DNA of 64,000 bases from Macrostomum lignano (taxonomy: Eukaryota). Of this stretch, positions 11,761-24,767 are shown piece by piece. Under the pieces are notes generated by a model, which was not told the origin of the DNA, did not search any database, and saw only the letters and a list, made by a program, of their open reading frames with translations. Every line of letters starts with the position of its first letter. The stretch's first letter is position 1. The stretch spans positions 930,001-994,000 of the forward strand of contig NIVC01000019.1 in assembly GCA_002269645.1 (NCBI GenBank). Direction: 5' to 3'. The translations under genes and the position numbers were made by a program.

Positions 11761-12434
11761 GGGGCGATATTTCCGAGAGAAACTAACAAGCGATGTAAAG
11801 AGCCAAATAGGAGTCGGCAAGAATTGACTAGGCTGGTCTGCTTGACTTATTACCGCTTTCACTGGCTTGTGATCCCCCTCTCGGAGTGGGAATGCTGACT
11901 GCGCCTCTCGTACAATCCCTTCCCTCAGCCTCGCTATTGTTTCGCTCCCTGCCGTGTCTCTTCGTCTCCCAAATCTCACTTTCAAGCAGGCAAGCCTCCT
12001 CCTCCACGAGTACACTCGGCCAGACTCCTCTCCTGTCTTCCATCAGAAGTCTCTCTTCCGCAGGCAATTCCTCTCCCGCTCGGAGAAATCTCGTCACTAT
12101 GGCAAAGAGAAAAACCAGTTTTTGCCTAAACACATTAGCTGCTATGGGCCGCCTCCGCCACAGCCAACCAAGAGACAGACAGGCACGAGCCCGCCACCTA
12201 AACTGCTTTCTCCTCTTGCCTCCCGCTCTACCAAAAGCTGAAAAAACTTCCCCAGCCCTTGCCCGCAGTAACTCTGGTCCGTCCAGAGGAAGTACGAGTG
12301 AGAGCTCCATGCTGAATCGATACCCGCGTCGAAGAAAATATAGCCTGCTTGCTGGGAACAAGTTCCGTCCTTGACGTCCACTTTTACTCTGGGTCCACTG
12401 CCTTTCAGCTGCTCTTGAGCCCTGCTTAACTATG

Positions 12435-12925
<491 letters not shown>

Positions 12926-13374
12926 CATCCACCCATCCATCCATCTATGTCTTTCTACCACTTCGGGCTGACAGAAGTAATGTTAAAATGGTTACGTTAG
13001 TTGATCTATTTAAGAGCTATAAACGTGTGACAAAGGCACCGAATGCAATCGGTTAGGTACAAGTACGAGCTACATGCAGATATTTGCGGTGCATGTTGTA
13101 GAGACTAATAATTTAAGCTACTTATTAGTAGCATTTTAAGCGCCTTATGGGAACTTTTTATGCTTTTTGATTCGCAATAAAGCGAGATATTCAGAGATAT
13201 AAAAATGGTGGATAAGCGGTTTTTGTATCAGCGTAGATATAAATAGAAATGGCACTAATAAACATTGTGTGGCTACATGGCTGGATTAACACCAGAACAG
13301 GATTGTGGATAAACAAAAGCTGTGGAGTAAAATTTGGAAGTTCAACGCTTGTATTGCGACACGTTCTTCTTCTG

Positions 13375-16300
13375 TTATTTTTTGTTTTGCTGATTCCCAG
13401 AATTCTTTTTTCGCTGCGTTGATTGAGCAGCCTTTTTTGGCTTCGGATTTTCCCCCACCTGTGGACTGTCGTCGGTCTTGCTCGTCTTGGTCGGAGTTTC
13501 TGAAGGAGCTGAGGCCTGCACTGCGGGTGGCGAGGCGTTTTGCGTGTTAGTTTGTACGGCACTTTGCACGGCAGGTTGCACGGCAGGTTGCACGGCAGGT
13601 TGCGCGGCAGGTTGCACGGCAGGTTGCACGGCAGGTTGCACGGCAGGTTGCACGGCAGGTTGCACGGCAGGTTGCGCGGCAGGTTGCACGGCAGGTTGCA
13701 CGCCGGTCCCAACATCGGGCGCTTCTCCAGCTGGCACCGGCTCGGTAGAAGGCGGGGCGCCATCTTTCAGCTTAGCCTGGCGCTGCATCCGCTGCACAGC
13801 TCGCACAATGGAGCGCAACTTCATGAACCTTTCGCTGACAGCCCGCTTCTCCGGGTCCTGCTGCAGCAGACTGTTTGGGTCGCGGTTTAAGTTCACCTTG
13901 AGGAAGCCGCGGCGGATGGCTTCGGCAGCGTCAAGGCGAGCTCCGTCGCCAAGGCCCGAGTAGCTCCCGTCGGCCGGGTCGAGTAGGCCGAGCTCAACGG
14001 CGCGGGAGAAGCCGACAATTTCCTGGACAGTTGACAAATTTGGTAAGTCAATTAATCTTCTTTGACCCAGTGCGGTCGGGTACCATGCAATACGCAACAT
14101 ACAAGGACGCAATCCCCTGCGTAACACAAGGGGCGCAATCCTTCAGAGACGGACTTGTCAAAAGCAGTGCATGCTTATACCTTGTTTCGCTGGTCAACAA
14201 CTCCAACAACTGTGAAACTCTGCGTGATCTCTTCTCCCTCTTCCTCGGCGCCGCCGCCGCTGCCGCCGTAGTAGTCCACAGCAACCAGGCCCTGTCGGAG
14301 GGCCTCCGTCACCGGCAGGCCGACGCCGCTGGCGCCGCGGTAGAGTCCTGCGGTCGGGTCGATGATGCCCGATTCGATGGCCGCTTTGGCTGTCAACCAA
14401 GCGCCGTTCGCTGGGTCCACAGCGTGGCTGACTACAAACGGACGCGTCTCCCGTCGAGTTCGAATAGTGATGACGCCATAGCTGCGCTCCTCGTCTTTTG
14501 TGACCTCGCTGGTGGCTGCCTCGACTCGGATTAGTTGCTGGGTCATCGCCTCGGCCGTGGCCAGACGCTCGCGGGTGGCCGTGTTCACGTAGCTGGACAT
14601 GTCCGCGCTGATTATGCCGCGAGCCATGGCGTCTTCTAGAGACACATAGTCATTCCGCCTGTGATCTGGTGGCGGCAGCGGTGGGATAGAACGCTAAGAA
14701 GTGACTTTTTGTAAGCAATGCTTCTCTGGCACCATGGGATACCAAAGACGTAAATAATAGTTCGGTGTGATTGATATCTTGAGGTTACAAGTGTGCGCAT
14801 CCATTGTGGACCACAGATACTAAAAATCACCGCGACTTTTCATATGGTCGATTCTGATTCCAGAACCTTTTCGCGAAGTATAACGTTTAGCTCCTAAATT
14901 CGGGGCTTTGTAGTGCTACTTTGATTTTTCACGAATTAATAAGGCTTCATTAAAGGTAGGTAAAGTCCAGCATAATGTAATTTGTAACAATAATACCATT
15001 TCCATACAGAGCTTATCTTACCAATTTCATCCTGGATGATTCCATGGGGTTGCAGCCTAGTGGTCAGAGCGTCGGACTCACGGCTTAAAGGTCGGGGGTT
15101 CGATTCTCGACCCACTCGAAACAATTTGTGTCCTTGAGCAAGACACTTAACCTAGCTGTAAAATGGGTGCCAGCATTAGCTGGGGTAATTGAGGGTGTGT
15201 GGTGACCCCCAGTCCTTGCACTGAACAGCCGTACGCAGCCTTCAGATGCGCCGAACAATAGCTGCGGCTGAGCTGTCGGTTCCACATCTACCCATTGAGG
15301 CAGGTGTAATCAATTATTTTTATTACCTGGATGATTCTGGTTCCGGAATCCAGTCGTAAAAGCCCCTTAGTAACACAAAGACGATTGCAATGTGCTTTTC
15401 CATTTTCCTGACTTATCAAGAAACTTGTAAAAGCATTTCGGAAAGGTCAACTCACCGAATATTCCAGTGATAACGTAGCGCGTTTTCTCCTCTTTGGAGT
15501 GACGTCTCAGCTCGGACGAGTCAGTGGTTGAGTGCTTCTCAGCCGTGAGCAGAAAAGGATCATCCCAGGCCTCCTTCTGGGTGTCCGTTTCCAGCTGAAT
15601 TTCGGATAGCCAGAGCCTAGAGGGGGTCATTTTCAGTAGCTAGTGGTTCTCATATGAGGTTGATTAAGTCACGTGACTCACTTTGACAAATCGTCTTGAG
15701 TAATTGCCTTCAAATCTAGCAGAGATTTGTGCACCAGCATGTGACCCTGGGAGGTCATGACCTCGTCGCGTGCTCCCATGGCGATCCAACGTTGGATGAC
15801 CGGCTGCGGAGTGAAATACCTCATTGCAGTGAGTTTTCACAGAGCTTCGATATAACAAATTACAGTGCTTACCCTTCTAATCTATTCTTACCTCCAAGAG
15901 CTTGAACACGGTGACAATTACTGTCGTGTCCTCAAATAGGAAAAAATCATCGGCAGGAAATAACGACTTTCTGTCGCCGTCTGAAATAATGTTATTTTGT
16001 CTTTGTGATTGGCACTTGGCTTTTTTAAATGAACACATGCGTTTATCCATCAACTTATTTCTATACCTTTTCGCACCGAGGAGTCCAGCACGGCGGACAG
16101 GTATTTGAGCTTGTCATTAGCCAGACTGAAGCCCGGGTGGCTGGACCAATTGGAACTGAATAAGTGCCAGAATTTCTGCACTAGGTAGCGCAGATCTCTG
16201 ATCTCGCTCTCGGACAGATAGTTAAAGTACTGCTTCTGAAATGTCCAGTCAGGGTTGCCATGCACTTAGTTCACTTTCTGGACACCTGTGCTTAGCCTTA

Positions 16301-19077
16301 TCTTATTCCGAGATGAGTCGAGAATCGAACCCCCGACCTTTCAGTCGTGAATCCGACGCTCCTAACCACTAACCTATAGCCCCTCAAACATTAAAGATGT
16401 GTTCAAACTTCACATCGAGAAAAACTCTTGCTTGTCAATGGGAGACTTCACCTCTCCGCTGTTGTACTCGTGTATGCCGATGATGACAATCCAGAAGATG
16501 GTCTTGGTGACCAGTTTCAGACATTCAGTGACTGTGTTAAAGAAAAACAGACGCAGCTTCCCGGCTGCATCGATCGCTTCCGAGCAGGGCGGAGGCAGCA
16601 GGATGATCGGAGCGGGGACAATCAGAGTGCGGCCGGCCAGGTTTCTCACCTGGAGTTGACAACAGAGTGAAAAATTAATAGATAAAAACAGTCAAAATTA
16701 CAGCAGTTGATGGTTCGATTAAACTCACTTTCCACAGTTCTTCGCTTGAGTTGTCAACTAGCAGCAGGTCCTCTCTGGGCAGCACGCAGGTCTGTTGGAA
16801 TGTCAAATACCCAGTTGCGATATCAACATCGATTTTCCAAAGCTTCTGTAGCAATACGACTGTCCTGATTGGTTGGCGAAGGTTAACACCATTTACCCTT
16901 TCTGACCCTTACCCTGGAGAGCGTCCTGATTGGCTGGCAATGGTTACCCCATTCCCTTTCTGACCCTTACCCAGGAGAGCGTCCTGATTGGCTGGCAATG
17001 GTTACCCCATTCCTTTTCTGACCCTTACCCAGGAGAGCGTCCTGATTGGCTGGCAATGGTTACCCCATTCCCTTTCTGACCCTTACCCAGGAGAGCGTCC
17101 TGATTGGCTGGCAATGGTTACCCCATTCCCTTTCTGACCCTTACCCAGGAGAGCGTCCTGATTGGTTGGCGAATTCGACAATAATCAGTCTTACATGAGA
17201 TCCGTCAGAGCCACTGTCGGCGCAGAGTGCAGAGTAACGAACCAAGGCTTGGCACCAGATGCCACCGTTTTGCACCTGGAGCTGCTGCTGTATGCCATTT
17301 CTAAGGCGAAGCGAGCACGGAAAAATGCGATGCGACTGCTCCTGTTTCTGTGTAACCTTAAACTGCCAGGTTTCCAACGCCTCAAATAGGGCCTAAAATT
17401 CGTTAAAAAGTCAACGAAATAAAATATTTATGTGTTAGACGCCCGAATCATCGGTGTGCAAAAATCCCCCCCTCACCTGACAGGCAGCCAGCAGACCGGC
17501 CAACCGCTCAGCATTGATGGACCTGACCCGCGAGTGCAGCCAGCCGCCGATAGACTCGCTCAGGCTGGCCAGGTTATGCGCCATGGCGTCCTTGACGATG
17601 TGCAGCTCGTAAAAGAACACCAAGTACTCGTTGGCGTTTCGCTGCTGCAGCGCCGCGCAGTCCTCCAGGGCCGACAGCTCGTCCAGCGTCTCTCTGAGCA
17701 CGGAAACTTTGCTGAAAATTTTCTGATTGCAGTCGCGATAGTCGGACACGTCAATGCCGCGCTGCAGGCAGTTGTCGGCCCACTTGGCAACCGACTGCGC
17801 TTCCCTGGTTACACTGCATTCGGTGCGAACTACAGATTCCTGGAATTGATGAGAATTGGCCTGACCTATTGATGCGAAAGATCTGACCTCCATGGAACCT
17901 TATTGAGACAAACTGGTTGTCCTTATGAGCAGCCTCACTCTATCAGAATGGCGGAACCGACAATCTCACACTAATGAATGCAACAGAGCCGACAGTCTCA
18001 CACCCATACGAACAGCGAGGCCTCCAGTCTCGCCCCCCCCCCCCATAAACAGTGAAGCCGACAATCTCAACCCCAAACGAACATCGGAACCAGCGGAGAA
18101 CAGCGGAGCAGACAATCTCTCTCACATGAGAACAGCGGAGCAGACAATCTCTCTCACATGAGAACAGGGGAGCAGACAATCTCTCACATGAGAACAGCGT
18201 AGCAGACAATCTCTCACATGAGAACAGCGTAGCAGACAATCTCTCTCACATGAGAACTGCGGAGCAGACAATCTCTCTCACATGAGAACAGCGGAGCAGA
18301 CAATCTCTCCCACATGAGAACAGGGGAGCAGACAATCTCTCTCACATGAGAACTGCGGAGCAGACAATCTCTCTCACATGAGAACTGCGGAGCAGACAAT
18401 CTCTCTCACATGAGAACAGCGGAGCAGACAATCTCTCTCACATGAGAACAGCGGAGCAGACAATCTCTCTCACATGAGAACTGCGGAGCAGACAATCTCT
18501 CTCACATGAGAACAGCGGAGCAGACAATCTCTCCCACATGAGAACAGGGGAGCAGACAATCTCTCTCACATGAGAACTGCGGAGAAGACAATCTCTCTCA
18601 CATGAGAACAGGGGAACAGACAATCTCTCTCACATGAGAACAGCGGAGCAGACAATCTCTCTCACATGAGAACAGGATTAGACAATCTCTCTCACATGAG
18701 AACAGCGGAGCAGACAATCTCTCTCACATGAGAACAGGATTAGACAATCTCTCTCACATGAGAACAGCGGAGCAGACAATCTCTCTCACATGAGAACAGC
18801 GGAGTCAACAATCTCAACCCAAGTTTCTCACCAACAGTCCGTCGGCCAGGGCTTCGCTGCCTCGCAGTGCGTGCAGCAGAGACTCGTCCAGCCAGTCGGG
18901 GCCTCCCCCTTCTCGGCTGTCGCCGGCCCTGTTCAGGTGCTTCCTAGCCGCTCCGGTTTTCAACAGGTCCAGGTGGCCGGGCTGCCTGGCCGAGCTGAAA
19001 GCGAACCGGCCGCTGAACGCTGATGTGGCTCGCTGACCACCAGCCAGTAGCTGAGTGTGAGCAGTCTGCTCTGACAT
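13375..19077 (-). CDS. Plakin-family cytolinker (spectrin-like repeats + plakin SH3 + plectin repeats), about 913 aa, 11 exons
   Basis: Exons 19077-18832, 17839-17477, 17392-17195, 16791-16729, 16649-16452, 16235-16067, 15980-15892, 15803-15682, 15616-15456, 14665-14181, 14022-13375 chain in frame (2742 nt). CQALVRY...LLLVDNSSEELWKVRNLAGRTLIVPAPIILLPPPCSEA resembles the desmoplakin SH3 region LRALCDY...ILKDNNERSKWYVTGPGGVDMLVPSVGLIIPPPNPLA. VSLEDAMARGII, LTAKAAIESGIIDP and FSRAVELGLLDP are plectin-repeat-like. Donor at 16451 is weak; the first exon is uncertain. Confidence 0.8.
15043..15326 (+). mobile_element. tRNA-derived SINE family 1 (CORE-like central domain), full-length copy in a plakin intron
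   Basis: A-box-like GCCTAGTGGTCAGAGC, B box GGTTCGATTCT, GTGTCCTTGAGCAAGACACTTAAC...CTGTAAAATGGG, AT-rich tail and 12-bp TSD CCTGGATGATTC (15031-15042 and 15327-15338). Confidence 0.88.
16315..16383 (-). mobile_element. SINE family 1 head fragment
   Basis: Reverse complement GGGGCTATAGGTTAGTGGTTAGGAGCGTCGGATTCACGACTGAAAGGTCGGGGGTTCGATTCTCGACTC matches the 15046 head; no acceptor-stem pairing. Confidence 0.7.
16862..17168. repeat. 58-bp tandem repeat (5 units) in plakin intron 3
   Basis: GTCCTGATTGG at 16862, 16923, 16981, 17039, 17097 and 17155. Confidence 0.95.
18095..18805. repeat. 32-bp minisatellite in plakin intron 1
   Basis: (ATGAGAACAGCGGAGCAGACAATCTCTCTCAC)n. Confidence 0.95.
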
Positions 19078-19849
19078 GGCAACACGAATGACTCACAAGC
19101 CGAAATGTAACAATCCTGTCGCGAATCGCAAATTTATGCAATTAAATAATTTCCCACGGCTTGAAGAGACTGCCTGGGAACTGTCTGCGACTTTTTCTCT
19201 AGATATAATACAGCTCCTTCGCATGCCCCCCCCCAGAGTGTGCAGAGTTCCGAGTTGATCCGCAAGTCCAACTCTCCCCACCGATCTCCTAGCGACTTCT
19301 GCCCGGGCGAGTCAAACAGTCAACACACGCCAACAGGGGTTTAGGAAATAAGCAAACAGACAAGAAGCAGTTGGGTCTCTTGACTTCACATAGAGCCAAA
19401 ACTCTTTCTTGGCATTCTCAGGCTAAAATAGAGAGAAAGCTTCTCAATCTCAAGTGCCGCGCTCAATAGCCAAGAACCGTAAAATAATATTAATAAATGC
19501 TTCCAAAAGCAGATTCGTTGAGAAATAAAAAGCCGCTTTGCTTTCTGATGTCAAACATTGCGCTGGAGCAGCAAAGAGCAGTAATCGCTTTAAAAAAACC
19601 TGCCTAATTAATACCTAGGCTTACTCGCATCTCCTACACCTGCCTTCAGACTCAATTCGAACGTCTATAAAAATCTGTTTTTTGACAGGGCATGCTGCCG
19701 AATGCTAAATAGTTGCATCTATTAGACATTTCCTTTTCCATTTTATGTCCCATTTAAGTCCGAGCGTGCGGTTGTGAGGCTGAGTGCTCATCTACTTGAC
19801 TTGTATTGGAATCTACGGCTTGAACTTGATGAAGATTGGGTTTCTGAGG

Positions 19850-21835
19850 ATAGACATTGGGACTCTGAGCATGGAGATTATGATTCCGAGGATGGAGATT
19901 GGGATTCTGAGCATGGAGATTAGGATTTTGAGGATGAAGATTGGGATTCTGAAGATAGAGATTAGGACTCTGAGCATGGAGATTAGGATTCCAAGGATGG
20001 AGATTGGGATTCTGAGCATGGAGATTAGGATTCTGAGGATGGAGATTGGGATTTCAAGGATGGAAATTGGGATTCCGAGGATGGAGATTGGGATTCTGAG
20101 CATGGAGATTAGGACTCTGAGCATGGAGATTAGGATTCTGAGGATGGAGATTGGGATTCTGAGGATGGAGATTGGGGTTCTGAGGATTGAGATTGGGATT
20201 CCGAGGATGGAAATTGGGATTCCGAGGATGAAGATTGGGATTCCGAGGATGAAGATTGGGATTCTGAAGATAGAGATTAGGACTCTGAGCATGGAGATTA
20301 GGATTCCGAGGATGGAGATTGGGATTCTGAGCATGGAGATTAGGACTCTGAGCATGGAGATTAGGATTCTGAGGATGGAGATTGGGATTCTAAGGATGGA
20401 AATTGGGATTCCGAGGATGGAGATAGGGATTCTGAGGATGGAGATTGGTATTCTGAGGATGGAGATTGGGGTTCTGAGGATGGAGATTGGGATTCTGAAG
20501 ATAGAGATTAGGACTCTGAGCATGGAGATTAGGATTCCGAGGATGGAGATTGGGATTCTGAGCATGGAGATTAGGACTCTGAGCATGGAGATTAGGATTC
20601 TGAGGATGGAGATTGGGATTCTAAGGATGGAAATTGGGATTCCGAGGATGGAGATAGGGATTCTGAGGATGGAGATTGGTATTCTGAGGATGGAGATTGG
20701 GGTTCTGAGGATGGAGATTGGGATTCTGAGGATGGAGATTGGGGTTCTGAGGATTGAGATTGGGATTCCGAGGATGCAAATTGGGATTCCGAGGATGAAG
20801 ATTGGGATTCCGAGGATGAAGATTGGGATTCTGAAGATAGAGATTAGGACTCTGAGCATGGAGATTAGGATTCCGAGGATGGAGATTGGGATTCTGAGCA
20901 TAGAGATTAGGACTCTGAGCATGGAGATTAGGATTCTGAGGATGGAGATTGGGATTCTAAGGATGGAAATTGGGATTCCGAGGATGGAGATAGGGATTCT
21001 GAGGATGGAGATTGGGATTCCGAGGATGAAGATTGGGATTCTGAAGATAGAGATTAGGACTCTGAGCATGGAGATTAGGATTCTGAGGATGGAGATTGGG
21101 ATTCTGAGCATGGAGATTAGGACTCTGAGCATGGAGATTAGGATTCTGAGGATGGAGATTGGGATTCTGAGGATGGAGATTGGGATTCTAAGGATGGAAA
21201 TTGGGATTCCGAGGATGGAGATTGGGATTCTAAGGATGGAGATTGGGATTCCGCGGATGAAGATTGGGATTCCGAGGATGAAGATTAGGACTCTGAGCAT
21301 GGAGATTAGGATTCCGAGGATGGAGATTGGGATTCTGAGCATGGAGATTAGGATTCTGAGGATGGAAATTGGGATTCCGAGGATGGAGATTGGGATTCTG
21401 AGGATGGAGATTGGGGTTCTGAGGATTGAGATTGGGATTCCGAGGATGGAGATTGGGATTTCGAGGATGGAGATTGGGATTCCGAGGATGGAGATTGGGA
21501 TTTCGAGGATTGAGATTGGGGTTCTGAGGATGGAGATTGGGATTCTAAGGATGGAGATTGGGGTTCTGAGGATGGAGATTGGGGTTCTGAGGATGGAGAT
21601 TGGGGTTCTGAGGATGGAGATTGGGATTCCGAGGATGGAGATTGGGATTTCGAGGATGGAGATTGGGATTCTGAGGATGGAGATTGGGATTCTAAGGATG
21701 GATATTGGGGTTCTGAGGATGGAGATTGGGGTTCTGAGGATGGAGATTGGGGTTCTGAGGATGGAGATTGGGATTCCGAGGATGGAGATTGGGATTTCGA
21801 GGATGGAGATTGGGATTCTGAGGATGGAGATTGGG
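19850..21835. repeat. 21-bp minisatellite, about 2 kb, intergenic
   Basis: (GAGGATGGAGATTGGGATTCT)n; explains the 711-aa and 509-aa ORFs. Confidence 0.97.
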
Positions 21836-22449
21836 ATTCAAAAAAATAGAGATTGCGTGAAGGACGAACTCTTGAAAGACATAACAGAGGCTAATTTATG
21901 CATTAGCAAATTTATATAATTCCTTCAAAATGAAGACACGTGGCACACATTCGCATACTGTATATTATTAGTATATCAATTGTAACAAAGACTACAGTAC
22001 GCATATTGTAAAGCATGAACCATCAATGAGACAGCTAAGCATTTGTTGAACGCAGACTTTTCCGAAAAATAAAAAAACATCTGCGACAATGGTTTTGCGC
22101 GCACTATTGTATATACCGGATCTGATGCTCGACATTGAAGCAAATATAATTACAGCATACAAAAAAGCAAAGTACTCTGATACATTTCCAAATTGAAATT
22201 GCATTTCCCGTAGCAGCGGACAAAGCGGTCTTAAACAAATCAATACAGTAACAAGACAGAAGCAAAAACGCATACCAAGTGTTAAAATAAATCTTACTAA
22301 AAAAGACTTCATCATGATGGACTCGCGAAAAACATTCGCCGGAGGAGGGCGAAGGTTCAAAAATAGTTGTCGATAAGGTTATAAAGAGAACAGTAGGAAC
22401 TTTTCTTGTCTGAGATAACAGCTTGTGCTGTTGTACGCATGATAGGGAT

Positions 22450-22563
22450 GGACAGACAGACAGACAGACATGCAGACAGACAGACAGACAGACATGCAGA
22501 CAGACAGACAGACAGACAGACAGACAGGCAGGCAGGCAGACAGACACAGACAGATATGCAGAC

Positions 22564-22598
<35 letters not shown>

Positions 22599-22629
22599 GG
22601 CAGACAGACAGACAGACAGACAGACATGC

Positions 22630-22682
<53 letters not shown>

Positions 22683-22752
22683 GGCAGGCAGGCAGACAGA
22701 CACAGACAGATATGCAGACACAGACAGACAGACAGACATGCAGACAGACAGA
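22450..22752. repeat. (GACA)n microsatellite with variants
   Basis: Direct reading. Confidence 0.95.
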
Positions 22753-23973
22753 TACTTGAATATAAAATTCGGAACAAATAGCGTAGATAATGGCAACAAG
22801 ATTATGATAAAATTAAATACGAGGATTCAGACGTCCCAGCGACAGACAGACAGACACAAGCCGGTAGAACGCGAGCTCTCCACATGAGAAGTGCAATGTT
22901 CGAAGAAATATTATTAAAAGTAAAGAAATAATTAATTCAGTTACCTAGCAACAGCAAATGGCATTTGATATAGCTAGTTTGATATACTACTCTGAGTAGC
23001 TGACATGTAGGGCGACAAGGCGTTTGGGCTACTCCAGCCAATCTGGATTCCAAATACTTATTAATAATAAGCATTACAACATGCGATTAAGTGAATTCAA
23101 CAACAATAATAATTGCTGCAATGTACGCATCTGCCTACTAATAAGTTGATTAAGAAAAAAGCTGATTTGCATTTTCAAGCAGCGCCGAATAAAAAACTAC
23201 AACTAATTATGAGTTTAAACTATAAATAATGTAATTTATTCTACAATATAGTTGAGAAAGATCACTGATATGCGAGCGCAGACTCTCGAAACAGGACTAA
23301 CTGAACAATAAATAAAATAAAGTTTAATCTCTCTACTTTTCTATTCAGTAGCAACTAAAGAGAGTGGCAGCAATTTTCTGCTAGGAAGAGAAATCAAGAA
23401 ATCACGTGACTGGCCAGGTTTTTCAGTGCAGGGACAGTGTACATACATATTGGAGCGGCAGAGAGATTTTATATCTTAATTAGCTTGACCTCATTATCTT
23501 CCAGAGTTGCTATTGGCTCTGGGCAGTCACGTGACGACTGTTTGTTTTGGAAGGTCACAACAACCGTGCTGATCATCAGTTAAGTTTATCATTCTTTTAG
23601 GAATAAAAATAAGCTTAAGATTTTAGCCCCGCTAAGATATTGTGACGTAGGCTGACAGGAGCGTCAACAGGGGGGGGGGGCATAAGCCCCCTCCCAGTTA
23701 AAGTTATGGGCCGTTGGTATTGCTAGCTGACATGCTATTGCCATTCCAATGAAAGCGGTACATGTATTTGCAGGTAACACAGGTGAAACAGGAAAGAAGT
23801 GACTCCAGACGACTCTAAAACGACAAGATGTCACGGTACAAGTCGTCAAAGAGTCAATTTGAGGCGTTTTATTTTTTGCGACTGAAACGCCCCAGGGGCC
23901 GTAGTCGTATCTGAGGCGTGCTGGAGTCGCTGCACAATCCCCGAGTTGCGTCTAAATGATAGATATGATGAGT

Positions 23974-24506
23974 CTAGCCAGCCTTAGCGTACAGCTGAGT
24001 CCACTCCCTAGCATTCTTAATCGCCTCCCGCTCGTTCCTCTTCCACAGCTCGGCAATATCGTGCTCCAATGGGTCGTCCGGATTTGGCGCGCTGAGCAGG
24101 GCTTGGACAGACAGCAGCACAGTGCGAATCTGCAGCGCCGGGCTCCATTTATCTTTTAGAATGTCCAGACAGATTCTGCCCAGTCTGTCAATGTTAGGAT
24201 GGTAGATCTTGGTCATGAAGCGCACTTTTGGAGCACTCATCGGATATTCCTCGGGTAGGAACAGTTCCAGCCTGAATTTGGTCAGTGGGGTGGTTGACAG
24301 TAGTATGACTAGCGCTTGTTTGATTTATAAATAATAGCATTTAAAGCTGCCTACAGTATCTAACTGCCTATCTGCTTATCTACTTGCCTATCTGCTTATC
24401 TACTTGCCTATCTATCTATCTACTTGCCTATCTATCTATCTACTTGCATATCTATCTATCTATCTACTTGCCTATCTATCTATCTACTTGCCTATCTGCC
24501 TATCTG

Positions 24507-24596
<90 letters not shown>

Positions 24597-24767
24597 GTCC
24601 GAGATATACCTGAAAATGCCGCCCTCATAGGCGCTCTCCTTTGGGCCATGCACAATAACGTGGAAATAGCGAGCATTGGCTTCATTAGGCGTTGCCTCTA
24701 TGCCCTCAACAGGCTCAGACATGAGACGCTGCGTTTCCTTAATGATACGTCTAGGTAAGTTGGCCAT
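23974..24767 (-). CDS. UBE2N: Ubiquitin-conjugating enzyme E2 N (Ubc13), 151 aa, 2 exons
   Basis: Exons 24767-24610 ([23 protein letters not shown]...YEGGIF) and 24271-23974 ([54 protein letters not shown]...), phase 2. HPN motif and catalytic Cys are intact. Confidence 0.96.
24360..24595. repeat. (CTAT)n microsatellite in the UBE2N intron
   Basis: Direct reading. Confidence 0.95.

Noticed and set aside
15046-15118. Possible tRNA genes (also 16315-16383 and 39415-39480)
   Set aside because: A and B boxes are present but acceptor and anticodon stems do not pair; they are SINE heads.
16862-17168. CRISPR-like appearance of regular arrays
   Set aside because: No unique spacers, no cas genes, and the context is eukaryotic.
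19784-21919. 711-aa and 509-aa ORFs ((MEIGILR)n and (ILRIPIS)n)
   Set aside because: Translations of a 21-bp array. Both strands are open, and the frame giving EDGDWDS is broken by TAG; no splice context or domain.
21992-22890. 122-aa hydrophobic ORF and (GACA)n as a possible gene or Helentron/DINE-like element
   Set aside because: No splice support, homology, subterminal inverted repeats or stem-loop could be identified.
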